A stretch of DNA of 64,000 bases from Mobula birostris (taxonomy: Eukaryota): positions 57,230,034 to 57,294,033 of the forward strand of contig NC_092372.1 of assembly GCF_030028105.1 (NCBI RefSeq). The letters run 5' to 3'. The notes under the pieces are model-generated. The model was not told the DNA's origin, did not search any database, and worked only from the letters and a program-made list of their open reading frames with translations. How positions within the stretch are numbered: the first letter of the stretch is position 1; every line of letters starts with the position of its first letter. This document shows positions 46,024 to 59,732 of this stretch, piece after piece. The translations under genes and the position numbers were made by a program.

Positions 46024-47659
46024 GGATTTTGCAGTAGTTGGGCAGAGACTTCTTCAAGCTAGCCTAGTTAAGATCCTTAACAAAGATGTAAAAGGTTTCT
46101 GTGGTATTGCAGAGCTTGTTTGCAAAACTGTATATTTAACTTCAAGCTGATTACTGCTTTCCATTTAAATTTTAAGAACTCTAAATAGACTCCTACTTAT
46201 GAAGAGAAACTAAACAAACCAATATTAGTTGGAGTTTACATACAACTGTTTGTGATTTTACAAATGGTAGATACTGTGTTTAGAAGCAATATTAGCAAAC
46301 AATAAAGGGGTCCATTGTGGTAACAAATTTAACAAATTCCCCACCCTCTGGCTAAAGATATTACTCCATTCAAAACAGAGATGTGAAGAAGAAAATTTTT
46401 AGCCAGAAAGTGGTGAATTTGTGGAATTTATTATCATGTACAGCTGTGGAGGCCAGGTTTTTGGGTGTATTTAAGGCAGAGATTGATAGGTTCTTGATTG
46501 GACTTGGCACCTAAGGTTAAGAGGAGAAGGCCAGGAAGTGGGAATAAGGAGGGGAGAAAAAGGATCAGCCATGATTGAATGGACGAAATGGCCTAATTCT
46601 GCTCCTATGTTTTATGGTCTTGTTGGCCAAGAAGTGAATATCCACCACAAGGATGATTGGAGAAAGGAATGGGGGAATATCAGTGGTAGTGTTTTTATGC
46701 AGAGATTGGTAAGTGCATGGAGTACACTGACAGGAATGGTTGTAGAGGCAGATAAATTAGGGACAATTAAGAGATTCTTAGATAGATATGAATGAAGGGA
46801 AAGTTGAGGGTTTTGTGGGAAGGGATGATTAAATTCATCTTGAAATAGGTTAAAAGGTCAGCACACAACGTGGGCCAAAGGGCCTGTACTGTGATGTACT
46901 GGTCTATGTTCTATGTTCCATGTTCTATGGTCTGTGTTCTATATTCTATGCAGCCAATGAATACAAGTGGTACTTCTTTACACTTAACAAGCAGGTAAAA
47001 TGGCAGGTAGCACCAATTTAATGTACAGCCCGCAACATAATAAATAAGGTTCCTGTGCCTGTTTAGCAGTTATTTAAGTAAACTCCCAATAAGTCAGTAT
47101 ATGTCAGCTTTTTCAATTCCTTTATCACTAGTTTAAATTAAATGCATCAATTTCTTTATTAAAAGAGAAAACTAGAAACATTGCTAGATGTTAAACATTC
47201 AGCATTCATTTCAACATTTTGTTATTATTTAAACCTTCTCAAAATCATTGTTTCATGTGATAGAAATCTAATAATAAAATTGTGATTAAAGATACGTATA
47301 TCGTTTGACAATATAAACAGACATGAGGACTGAATTTTGCTGACCTGAGAAATTGCCTGCAGTCTGGGTCCACAATCTATTATATATGTGCTGATTACTA
47401 CTGTCACTCTGACATTCCCTGCAGATATTGACAGCCCTGATATGGACAATGAAACCTTTCTCCTGTTTACTATATAATAATGAAAGGACCACTGTAACAA
47501 GCACCAATACAAGCTGAACATGGTACTCAATGTTGGAGAACACAATGCAGCTGCAACAGGCCATCCATCTGCATTATGTGAGCTGGGCACCGTGGTTAAA
47601 TCTAGATATAGTCATGCTACCTTAATTTTATTGACAAACTCAGTAAAGTCATTGTAACT

Positions 47660-47805
47660 CAACACTTCCGCACCTCCCCCCCAACGCCCGCCCAATTTCT
47701 ATTTCCCAATACTGGCAGTTTCATAGTTGCAATGGTAGGATAGTAGAAAGGCTGAAATAAATGAAGTTACTGCATTCATATCTTCTTTACTTAAAATGGC
47801 AGCTG
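47660..47805. promoter_or_regulatory. Candidate promoter/enhancer motif cluster
   Basis: CACTTCCG (ETS), CCCGCCC (Sp), two CCAAT, GTTGCAATGGTAG (RFX-like), AAAATGGCAGC (YY1) within ~145 bp of non-repeat DNA. Confidence 0.35.
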
Positions 47806-48774
47806 CAAATAGTTTTGAGGACAATAAAACTTTGCATAAGATGATAGACATGTTTCAGAAAATTCCTCTAGATGAGCTTTGAAGTTATCTTAGCTGGATA
47901 TTATCAACTCAACTTTATTATCAAGTATCTTTGGGGGACAAAGAGCATAAAAATAGGCTTGAAGCAATGACTTTCAATGAGACTGCAACAAAAAAGTGTG
48001 TTGTATTAACTAACCAATCTGCCCTGTACAGACTTATGGTGGCAGTGCAGCCCAGATGGAACTTTTAATGCAGCCCTGAGAAAAAATGCATTTGCAGTAG
48101 TCACGCTGTCACTGTGGGATCATGTGCAGTTCTCCCGTTGTGTGTAGTCCTTACTGGGGGATTTACTGTTTCTCTTTCTCCTCTGGGTTCACTGCCATTC
48201 CATGCTTTTAAGATTTAGACTACCTACAGCAAGGCATTGGAAAAATACTTCAGGTGCCTTCACTGCAAAATCCTCCAACGTTATTGGAATGTTAAGTTAA
48301 CCAAAATGAGTGTCTCTCCCAGGCCAACATCCTCACCATCAAGGCCAAATTTGCACTCCGCCAGCTCTGTCATTGGTATGCCCTGGATCAGACTTGTGGA
48401 TTAGACTTTTTGTTCTCAATTCTGTGATGGGAAGACATTACACGGTGGACTGAAGAGACTGAAGAATATGACCAAAATTTCCTTGGAGAAATGCACCATC
48501 CATTCTGACATCTAGGAATCTCTGGCCCATGACTACTCCAACAGGTAAAAGAGGATTCAGGAAGGTACCTCCATGCACTGTGAGAACACAAAATCTTTGC
48601 ATTAGCATTAGAGGGAGCTGACCTCCCCACAAGCTACCTCCATGTTCACCCTGCTGTCTACCACCTACCCTTCTGTGCAAGAGGTTGCCACATTGATCCT
48701 ATTAGTCACCCCAGTTCCACAAATTCTGAGAATTAAGTTATCCTCAATACCATAGGATGTGTAAAAAGAACTGG

Positions 48775-48980
48775 CTTGCTGTAAAAACCAATGTGGTTTA
48801 TTAATGTCCTTCAGGAAGAGAAATCCTCCATTCTCATCTGGTCTGTCCGATGTGTGACTCCAGATGCACAGTAATGCAGTTGGTTCTAACTGAGCATCTA
48901 AAATGGTCTACTGGGACCCCAGTGATGATAAGACAGGAACAAATAACATTGGATTTGGAAGGGAATGCCAAAATCCCAAG
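48775..48980 (+). mobile_element. Old chondrichthyan SINE fragment
   Basis: Degenerate taatgtccttcaggaagagaaatc...tggtctg...tgtgactccaga core. Confidence 0.55.
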
Positions 48981-49064
48981 TCTTGGCTAAGTATTATCAA
49001 TGGAAATGATCTAAAAGTAAATTATATTAACTAACAACTGCTTTTAATGGAAGAGTGTATACGG

Positions 49065-49350
49065 TGGCCAGAGAGGGGTACCTCCTCTGGTGAAGGGGCT
49101 TGTCATGTCCTTTCCAGGGCAGCTCACACACCTGTGGCTCCAAGCAGCTGTTTGCATGCAATAGCAGCCAAACCTCAGTGCCCTCCCTTAGCAGGCAGTC
49201 TGAACTGGGTGAGGGTAGCCAATCGAGAGACTGGCACTGCCCCAGTGCAATGGCTTTGCCACTTTAAAAATTCTCCGATCAGGTCTTCTGTCATCATTGG
49301 ACAAGATGGACAATCACCACTTCTAATGAAACGTCCAAGCAGTGATTGAC
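49065..49350 (+). mobile_element. Possible RTE-derived non-autonomous element/SINE
   Basis: ctctggtgaaggggcttg resembles the RTE 5'UTR motif; GC-richer than the flanks. Confidence 0.4.
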
Positions 49351-50064
49351 TTGAAATCACAATATCTAGCTGTATGAACAAAGATTTGTTCTATTACAGC
49401 AGTGAACAGCAGTGAGCCACTTGACATAAGGGGTCTAAAAACTAATCACTGTATTTACACAGCTGATGATAGATTCCACAGTGTTCAAGAGAGAGAAACA
49501 AAACCTTAAGATGTGTCAAGGGACCAGCCTCATGTTCTTATCCTGGAACAGTTGCAGTTCCTTTAAGCAGCCAACTGTCACGTGTAAATGAATGGAGCAT
49601 TCGCTGGTCATCAACTTGAAGCATTAACTCTTTTCTCACCCCACAGATGCTAACTGACCTACTGAGAATTTCCAGCATACTTCATTTACATTGATAGAGA
49701 ATGCAGGATCCACCCATATTTATCCAGTGATTGTAATTCAGATCCTATGGTCAAGGTCAAAGAATCCTTTTCAGAAGTAAGCCATCTCCCAACTATCAGG
49801 CAGAGGCTGCTCTCTAACTCACAGCCTAACGGAGGTCAAGGCCAAGAAGTGGTCACAGGATGAGTTCTCCAAGTGCAGGCTACTTGCTTCTCTGCCTTTA
49901 TTCTGTCAGTCTAGTGATTTCATTTTCTCGAACAGCTTACTGTTAGATTACTAAGATCAAAGCTCAAATTTTAAACTAAAACTGTTTTCTCAAGGTGTTC
50001 ATTGGATGTTATTTTTCAAACGTTGGGTCATAATGATATCACAGCAATGAGCAGCAATGATAGT

Positions 50065-50835
50065 CATAGTCATAAAGCACTACAGCACAGAAATAGGCTC
50101 TTCAGCCCACCTATTCCATTCCAAACTATAAATCGACTATAGTCCCATCGACCTGTACCTGCTCCATATCCCTCCATACCCCTGCCATCCATGTAAACTT
50201 CATAAATATTGAAATGAAACGTACATCCACAACTTCTACTGGCAACTCATTCCACACTCTCACAACCCTCTGAATGAAGAAGTTTCCCCTCGTGTTCCTT
50301 CAAACATTTCACCTTTCACCCTTAATCCATGACCTCTAATTCTCAATCAATCTCAGAGGAAAAAGCCTGCTTACATTTACCCCACCAATACGCCTCATAA
50401 TCTTGTACACCTCTATCAAATCTTCCCTCATTCTCTCATGCACTAGGGAATAAAATCCTTAACTATTCAACCTTATCTGGTCTTCAAGTCCTGGCAATAT
50501 CCTTGTAAATTTTCTCGGCACATGTTCAAACTTATTGATATCTTTCCAATTAGTAAGTGACCAGAACTGCACACAATACTCCAAATTTCCAAATTAGGCC
50601 TCACCAACAGCTTCAGCAACTTCAACATTCCAACTTCTGTACTCAATACTTTGATTTATGAAGGCCAATGTGCCAAAAGCTCTCTGTACGATCCTATCTA
50701 CCTGTGACACTATCTTGAAGGAATTATGTATGGGTCTGTATTTCTGGATCCCTTTGTTGTACCACATTCTTCAGAGTTCTACTGCTCACCTTGTAAGTCC
50801 TACCCCAGCTGGTCCTCCCAAAGTGCAATGCCTGA
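50065..50835 (-). mobile_element. CR1 3' fragment
   Basis: Same family as 6815-7520. Confidence 0.85.
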
Positions 50836-51645
50836 GATTGAGAAGTGAACCTTTATGGATTGCTTGCTCGGAGCAGTGGCCAGGAATCACAAGTAGAAAC
50901 AGTACTTCGGAGGAATCTACCTTTTCCTGACACACCTCTGATCGTGTGTAAGCAGCCATATTACAGCTGGCTTTTCTGATAGCCTGCCAGAACATAACAA
51001 CAAAAGTAATGATAGCAGGAATAGGACTTTCAGCTCTCACCCCTGCTCCAATATTTAGTCTTTTAATTGTCAATAGTTTTCCTCAGTGTCATTTACCCCC
51101 AATAACCCTGTATGCCTTGATTCCCGATATAGCTAAAAAATATCTTTTGATCTGTCTTGAATATATTCAGTGACTGATTCCCCACAACCATCTCTGGACA
51201 AAAATTCCACAAAGACTCACTGCTGTCATATGGAGAAGTTTCTTCTCATCCTATCCCTGGATGACCTTCTCATTATTTGAAGACTGTGGCTTTTGATTCT
51301 GCATACCCCAACCAGGGGAACATCATACTTATATCTGTCAAGTCTTGTTAAAATAAAATAGTTCCAATAAGATTAAATCTTATTCTTTTAAATTCAGGTA
51401 AGTAGAGACTCAGTCTTCTTGATATCTCTTCAATGGGCATACCCACTATTTCAAGATTTAATCATAATTGCAAGTATATCCTTCCTTAGGAAGGGAGGCA
51501 GATTCAGTTTCACCAGAGCTCTGTATAATTCTATGAAGAAGCCTATACATTATTGCTCAAATCCATGTACAGTAAAGGCAAATGTGCTATCTTTTTGTAT
51601 CCCAATGTTAATTTTGTATGCTGCATGTACACCCTGGGTCCCTCA

Positions 51646-54600
51646 GTCATGGCTTGGCTTCGCGGAGGAAGATTTAGGAAGGGGACTGCCCACGTCTGCT
51701 GTAGGCTCACTGGTGGCTGACAAGGCCAATACGGGACAGGCAGGTCTGGCAACAGCGGCTGCAAGGGAAATTCTGTTCTGGGTTTGGTGCTGCTGTGTCA
51801 CGGTTCTTCTTCCTTCTCCTTTTGTCCTTATTGCCAGCCCTGCGTATGTTCTCGAAGGAGGAGACAGACTGGTGAATAGTGTGTCACCAGGCCTCGCGAT
51901 CGGACGCTAGATTAGACCACTGGCAATGGTCAATGTGACAGGCACAAAGGGATTTCTTCAGAGAGTCCTTGTACCTCTTCTTCGGTGCCCCTCTGTCATG
52001 GTGACCAGTGGAGAGTTCACCATACAGCACAATCTGGGGCAGGCGATGATCCTCCATCCTGGAGACGTGGCCTGCCCAGCACAGCTGTGTCTTCAACAGC
52101 ATGGCCTCAACGTTGGTGACCTCCGCCTGTTCGAGGACTTCGATGTTGGTGATGAAGTCACTCCAGTGGATGTTGAGGATGGTGTGGAGGCAGCGCTGGT
52201 GGAAACGCTCAAGGAGTCATAGGTGGTGACGGTAGGTGACCCACGACTCGGAGCCATACAGGAGGGTGGTCAGTACAACGGCTCTGTACACGCCGATCTT
52301 TGTGCCTTTCTTCAAATGCTTGTTGTTCCAGACTCCGTTGCACAGCCTGCCGAATGTGCTGTTTGCCTTTGCCAGTCTGTTGTCAATCTGTTTGTCGATC
52401 TTGGCATCTGACCCGATGGTGCACCCCAGGTAGCTGAACTGGTGGACTGTCTTCAGCTCTACCTCACCAATGGTGATGCAGGAAGGATGGTAATCTTTCT
52501 GAGGTGCGGGCTGATGGAGAACTTCTGTCTTCTTCAAGCTGACTTCCAGTCTGAAGAGCTCGGCATCGTCTGCGAAGCAAGATGTTATACGCTGCAGGGC
52601 TGTCTTTGTGTGGGCAACAAGGGCAGCATCATCGGCGAAGAGTAGCTCTCAGATGAGTTATTCCAATGTCTTGGTGTGGGACTGTAGTCACCTCAGGTTG
52701 AACAGGCTGCCATTGGTGCGGTATTGGATGTAGACACCATCCTCATCTTCAAGGTCTTCTGTGGCCCCTTCGAGCATCATGCTGAAGATGCTGAAGAGAA
52801 TCGGCACAAGGACGCAGCCTTGCTTTACTCCATTGCCTATTGGGAAGGGTTCTGAGAGGTCGTTGTTGTGTCTGACTTGGCCACGCTGATCTTCATGTAG
52901 CTGGATGACCATGCTGAGGAACTTTGGGGGGCATCCCAGTTGTTCCATCATTTACCACAGACATTCCTGCTCACGGTGTTAAACACTTTGGTAAGGTTGA
53001 CAAATGTCATGTACAATCCCTTGTTCTGTTCCCTACATTTCTCTTGGAGCTGCCTGAGAACAAATACCATGTTGGTGGTGCTCCAGTTGGCTCCGAAGAC
53101 ACACTGGCTCTCTGGGAGGTGTTCTTCTGCAATGATGGCCACCAGTCTGTTCAGGAGTACTCTTGCGAGGAGTTTTCCTGCAATAGAGAGAAGAGTTATC
53201 CCCTGGTAGTTGGAACACTCAGACTTTTCCCCCTTGTTCTTATACAGGGCGATGATGACTACATCACAGAGGTCCTGTGGTAGTTTACCTTGTTCCCAGC
53301 AGCAGACAAAGAACTCGTGGAGTTTGGTGTGTAACGCTGGACTCCCATGCTTCTAAATCTCAGGTGAGATTCCATCATCTCCTGCTGCCTTGCCACTTTT
53401 CAGCTGCTCTATGGCCTTGACTGTCTCTTCTAGGGTTGGGATCTTGTCCAGTTCTGTTTTCTCTGGCTGTTGTGGGATGCAATGAATTGCTGAGTCTTGG
53501 ACAACGCAGCGGGCGCTGAAGAGAGTCTGGAAATGTTCCGACCACCGATTCAGGATGGACTCTTTGTCTGTGAAGAGCGCCTGACCGTCTGCACTGCACA
53601 AGTGAATCTGGACCTGGTGCGAAGGGCTGTACACCACTCTCAGGGCTTCATAAAACCCCTGTAGTTACCGGTGTCTGCACAAAGCTGAGTTCTCTTTGCG
53701 AGTTTGGTCCACCACATGTTCTGAATCTCTCAAGACCTGCGCTGGAATTTGCTGCATGCGAGGTGGAAGGCTGCTTTCTTATCAGGACAAGACGGCTCAA
53801 CAAGGTGCGCCTGGTGGGCGGATCTCTTCTTCACCAGCAATTCTTGGATCTCCTGGTTGTTTTCATTAAACCAGTCCTTGTTCTTCTTTGTGGAAAACCC
53901 TAGGACTTCTTCAGAGGTTTGCAGGATGGTGCTTTTTAGGTGTTCCCAAAGTACTTCTGGAGAGGAGTCTGCAGGGAAACTGCGATCCTGAAGCCTTGAC
54001 TGAAAATTTATCTGAAAGTCAGCTTTCACTTTAGCTGACTGGAGGTCGCCAACTTGAAACTTCTTCCTTGGAGCGTCCCTCTCTTTGGCTTGGGTTTGAA
54101 ATGAAGACTGAGTTTGCAGTGGACAAGACGATGGTCCTTATGACACTCTGCGCTGGGCATCGCTCGGGTGAGTAAGATGTCCCGAAGGTCTCTCTGGTGC
54201 ACCAAGATGTAGTCTATGAGGTACCAATGCTTGGACCGAGGATGCATCCAGGTTGTCTTCAGACTGCCTTTCTGCTGGAAAATGGTGTTAGTGATGGTGA
54301 GTTGCTGCTCTGCGCAGAACTCTAACAGAAGGCGCCTGTTGTTGTTGCAGTTTCCAACACCATGTTTGCCAAGTACTCCTTTCCAGGCTTCTGAATCTTG
54401 GCCTACTCTGGAATTGAAGTCGCCAAGGATGAAGACCTTGTCATCTGCAGGGGCGTTCCGTACGAGGTTGTGCAGATCAGAGTAAAACTTGTCCTTTTCT
54501 GCAGGATCCGCTTGAAGAGTGGGAGCATACACACTGAACGGTGTGGCATGCTGCTTGGTTCAAAGTGGGAAGCGCATGGAGATGATGTGGTCGGAGTGAC

Positions 54601-55165
54601 CCGTTGGCAGTTTTTCAAGTTTGGAGGCAATGGGGTTCCTGATCATAAAGCCAATGCCAGAAAGGTGTCTCTCAGTCTCTGGCTTGCTTGACCAGTAGAG
54701 GGTGTAGCCGGCACCATGTTCTTGAAGGTTGCCTTCCTCTGGGAAGCATACTTCACTGAGAGCAGCGATGTCGACATTCAGTCTTGAAAGTTCATGCGCA
54801 ACTAGAGCGGATCGTCGTTCTGGGAGACCACTGTCTGCTGTATCGAGCATGGTTCTGACGTTCCAGCATGCGAGCTTTAGTCCTTGCACTCCTTGTGAGG
54901 CAGGTGTGCACCTTTTCTTTTTTGTTGTTCGATCGCATTTGAGGATGCCCGTTGACCGCGGCTAGCCAACAGGGGGAAATGGAAATGAGCTTTGGTTAGG
55001 CCACCTTTTCTAGGCCCCACTCCATGTGGAGCAAGCAGTGCTGTCCCTAGAGAAGGCTGCTTGGTCGTTCAAGGATATTGTCGTCTCTGGGGTCAACATC
55101 AGACGACCCATACACCTGAACCACCTGCATGCAGGATCGGAACTGCAGTCCCACAGTATTCTCAT
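51646..55165 (-). mobile_element. Near full-length RTE-clade LINE (AviRTE-like), pseudogenised
   Basis: Collinear minus-strand ORFs: APE (LACWNVRTM, ERRSALVAHELSRLNVDIAALSE, YAPT, LGDFN, TWMHPRSKHW..IDY), linker, RT (GKAAGDDGI, LRQLQEKCREQ, GVKQGCVL, FADD) and C-terminus (WAGHVSRMED.RLP...LYGEL); 3' end cgcgaagccaagccatga. Confidence 0.95.
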
Positions 55166-56129
55166 CTTAAATGACTTACATCATACATCTGCATAGTTTG
55201 TTTAGTTTTGATTTGAGACCTTGGTTTCAGATGGAACAATATCACTTTCAGTCTTTACATAAAAAATATCATATTATGATCATGCTTCTCTATAGGCCCT
55301 TCAACTACTGCATGATTAATGACCCCTTTCTCAATGCACAGTACAACATCAAAAAAAGCCTGTTTCCTCTTTCACTACAATGGCTTTGTCATCTTGTTTC
55401 ACACATTTGGATCTATGCATTACACCTCAGAATAATCTAGCATGCCAGTGGTCAGATAGAAAATGCAAGTGTATCCAACTCCCAATCGTGCTCCTAGTTT
55501 TAACACTGAGTTCAGGGTGTCTCTGTAAAGTACTGGGTCAAGAAGTTGGAGACATTTTGTATCAGTCGCGGTTGTCACATTAAACATGGTTCCATTATTT
55601 AGAAGGAGCTTACAGCTTACATAGAAAAGATAGGTAAAGTGGAATATAGTTTTAATATTTGCTTTAATTAATTAATTTCATTTTTTTCGACCGACATAAT
55701 CCAGTTTCGCAGAAATTAGTATTTTTTATTTTTTTAATTTTTTGTTCAAATAAATTGTTATTTTGTATATATTTTAAGGCACATTAACTGTTTCCATGTA
55801 TCTCTGATCACTGGAGCAATCTGGGGCAGAAATTTTGTCTGATAATGCCGTGTGTGGACTATACTGTCCTGAGTAAAGGTCAAAGGAGTGAGAACTCAAG
55901 GATACTGGGAATGAAGCAGCTCAAAGGACAAGTGAGGTGGACACCATTCCAAAGGAGTTGAGCTCAAGGCATTGACTGTGCTGATAAACAATCCAGTTCA
56001 TTTGGACATAAATCCCACTTTATGAGCATACTCACTGCATTTATGGTACAATAACACGAGTCTTAATCATCTGAAATAACAGAAGTAGAATCTATTAAAT
56101 GTCTTTAAAATGAGAAAAAAGACGAATAT

Positions 56130-56494
56130 ACATTTGGTGGCCCCTTTATTGGGTACATGTGTGGAAGCTGGTGTGGTCTTCTGCAGCTGTAACCCATCCA
56201 TTTCAAGGTCTGATGTGTTGTGCATCCAGAGCTGCTCTTCTGCACACCTCTCTTGTAACGTGTGGTTACTTGAGTTACTGTCGCCTTCCTGTCAGCTTTA
56301 GCATTTCTCTTAGGACCTCTCTCATTAACAAGGCATTTACGCCAGCAGAACTGCAGCTCATAGGATGTTTTTTACTCCTTGCATCATTAACCATAAAATC
56401 TCGAGACTGTTTTGTGTGAAAATCCCAGGAGATCAGCAGTGTCTGAGATATTTGCAGGTGCAGAGGTGTACCTAATAAAGTGTCACTGGGTGTA
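56130..56494. mobile_element. Tc1-family non-autonomous element
   Basis: TIRs gtggcccctttattgggtac / gtacctaataaagtgtcactgggtgta. Confidence 0.75.
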
Positions 56495-58129
56495 TGTGGG
56501 GTGGGGGGCTGTTACGTCAGGGAATTGGTGGTAAAATAGAATCTATCTGATCAGTTGAGTATTTGCTGCCAAAACAGTTGGGTACTCTGTATTTCTATAA
56601 AATAAAAGCTAAATTTAAATTTTTACACGGGCTTCTAAACATCAAATGTAACAAACATGACCCTAAAATTTGGTGTGGGATCTAAAGATCAAATAAAACA
56701 ACACAAAAGGTCAATGTCAAACAGTAGGTAAAGTTCACCCAATTTTTAGTGAGTGAAAATAGCACTGAAACAAATCTTAACTTTTGTCGCTGAAAGGAAA
56801 ACATAGGGAATATAGGCTGCAGTTTTGTCAAAAATAAACCTTCACACACTTCCAGCATACATGAAATTGAAATTTAATATACTAATTTTCATTATCAGCA
56901 GCCAGCCAGCAGCAGAATAAAACTGTAGCGTTTGATGCATGGTGTGTGGTAACAGCCAGCACAGTACTCAGCTACTCAACAATTACTGTCATGCTACAAT
57001 TTATTTCTGATTGCCTGATGGCTTTTAATGGCTCTTAACAGAGTTCCAAGCAACCGTTATAGTTATATCATACTTCAGTTCTATTTTGTCGCAACTTTAT
57101 AAAATAGGCCCTGTTAGCTGTTAGGATGGCCCGTTCGTTAAAATGATGGCATACTCAATGTGTCCTTCAAAAGCATTTTTTTGTAAGGTCCATCAACGTG
57201 CATTAAATTGGGTGAGGTATATTATATGTAGAATAATAGAATCATACAGCACATAGGAGGTCAGTGGTCCATTACATCAGTAGTGGCTCTGTGACAGAGC
57301 TAACAAACTAGTCCAATTTCTCTTCTTCCCTGTACCACACAAAAACTCCTCCTTCCAGTACTTGTTTAATTCCATTTGAAGCTTTTTATCTGAATCGACC
57401 CTTTCAGGCAGTACCTCCAGATCATAAAGCAATGCTAACAATTAAACTCTCCCAATCTTCATTCTGGATCGGTTGTTAATTTCCAAGAGAAAGTACATTC
57501 TGGAACGAAAAACATCAGAAGTAGAACAGTACAGCACAGGAACAGGCCCTTCATCCCCACAATGTTATGCCGAGCTAATTAGATTAGTAATCAAGTGGCT
57601 ACCTAAACTAATCTCTCCTGCCTACACAATATCCGTATCGCTCCATTTTCCTCACATTCATGTGCATAGATTTTCTGTAAGTTTGATTGACATGCTATTG
57701 TTACTCCTCAAGTAGAGGCAATGAGAATTTTTTGTCTTATCCTAAAGAATTAGTAATTGGTTAATTTTTGTCACGGATACAGAGATATATTGAAAGGTTG
57801 ATCTTTGTGCCATCTAGACAGAACATTCCATACATAAGTGCACTGGTTAGTACAAAAGAAAAACGGTAACAAAATAATAATGCTGCATACCGTATATAAA
57901 GAATGTGCAGTGCAGGGAGACAAGTAAAGCATATGGGTCGTGACAATGTAAACTGAGAGATCAAGAGTTTATCTCCTGTTGAAGAGCCTTGCAACAGCAG
58001 GAGTAAAGTAATTCTTGAGACTGGTAGTGCATGTCATCTAACACTTCTATCTTTTGCCCAATGGAAGGGGAGAGAAGAGAAAATGGCCTGGGTGAGAGAG
58101 TCCTTTAATAATGTTACTAGATTTTTAAA

Positions 58130-59045
58130 AAGTCAAGTTCATGGTCATTAGCAAAAGTACATGTATAGAAAGGTACAATGAAAAACTTACTTGCAGCAGC
58201 ATGGCAGGAAGATGGCATTATTAGCAGCATCCACAAGAAAACATAAATTAAACATAATATTTAGATAAAAGACAATTAGAACAAATAAGAAGTCCATTGT
58301 ATACTGAGGTAGTTATTATGGTTGTGCAGATTGGTTCAGGAGATGAATGGTTGAAGGGACGTAGCTTTTCTTGAATGTAATGGTTTGGGACTGAGGGCAT
58401 CTGTGTCCTCTGCCTGCTTTGTGGTTGTGAGAACATGACATGACCAGGATGCTAGGGATCTTTGATTTTAGATCCTGTAGATGCCACCGATGGTGGGGAG
58501 GGATGTGCCCCTGATATATTGGACTGAGTCTACAACTTTCTGCAGCTTCTGTGCATTCGAATTGCTGTACCAGACTGAAATGCATCCAGTCAGGTTACTT
58601 TCAACACTATCTTTATAGAAGTTTGTTAGAGTATTCAGTGACATTCTGAACCTTCTTAATCTTTCAAGAAAGTAAAGATGATGATGCACCATTCTGGTGA
58701 TTGAATCTATCTGCTGGGGTCAGGACAGGTCATCTGGTATATTAGCAACATGAGTGTAAAGCTTTTGAACCTCTCTACCAATGTGGACAGGCACATTTTC
58801 ATCTTCCTAACCCTTACTGAAGTCAACAATCAGTTCTTCTTTTTTAAGAGACATTGGCCGAGTGGTTGTTCTTGGGACAACATGTAACCAGGTGTCGACT
58901 GTATGCTGACTCATCACCACCACTGACGTATCCAACAACAGTGGTATCATCAACAAATTTGTCCATGGCACTGGAGCTGCACTTAGCCACACTGTCATAA
59001 GTGCATAGGGAGTGGAGAAAGGGCCAAGGTGGACGGTGTTGATGG
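58130..59045 (-). mobile_element. Rex1/Babar RT-to-tail fragment
   Basis: KFVDDTTVVG, KEELIVDF, LYFLERLRRF, ESNLTGCISVWY. Confidence 0.85.
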
Positions 59046-59060
59046 TCAGCGCTAAACTTA

Positions 59061-59591
59061 TGCTCAGTGGCTACTTTATGGAATACCCCCTGACCTAATA
59101 AAGTGGCCATTGAGTGTAAATTTGTGGCCTTCTGCTGCAGTAGCCCATCTGTTTCAGGGTTCAATGTGTTGTGCATAGGTAAATGCTCTTCTGCACACCA
59201 CTGTTGTAATGTGTGGTACTTGAGTTACTGTCACCCTCCTGTCATCTTGAATCAGTCTGGCCATTCTCCTCTGACTTCTCTCATTAACAAGATGCTTTCA
59301 CCCACAGAATTGCCACTCACTGAGTGCTCTTGCTTATCACAACATTCTCTGTAAACTCTAGAGTTCGATGTGTGTGAAAATCTGAGATACTCAGACCATC
59401 CCGTCAGGCAAGACCATCGTCAACGTCACTCAGATCAAACGTCTTCCCCTTTCTGACATTTGGTCTGAATAACAACTGAACCTCTTGATTTTGTCTGCAT
59501 ACTTTTATGCATTGAGTTGCTGCCACCTCATTAATGATATTTACATTAATGAGCAGGTGTACAGGTGTACCTAATAAATTGGCCACTGTGT
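59061..59591. mobile_element. Tc1-family non-autonomous element with three TIR copies
   Basis: gctcagtggctactttat; internal inverse cctaataaagtggccattgagtgta; terminal gtacctaataaattggccactgtgta. Confidence 0.8.
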
Positions 59592-59732
59592 ATAGTAATA
59601 ACAGCACTTTGCACTCTGCCTCTGAATGCAGCTCCAATGCACAGAATCAAAAGAGGATGCAGAGGGCTAGAGACTCAGTCAGTTCCATCACAGGCATGAC
59701 TCACTCCCCCACTTCAAGAGGCAGTACCTTAC

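Noticed and set aside
47225-47590. 121-aa and 92-aa overlapping minus-strand ORFs
   Set aside because: No recognisable domain and no convincing acceptor.
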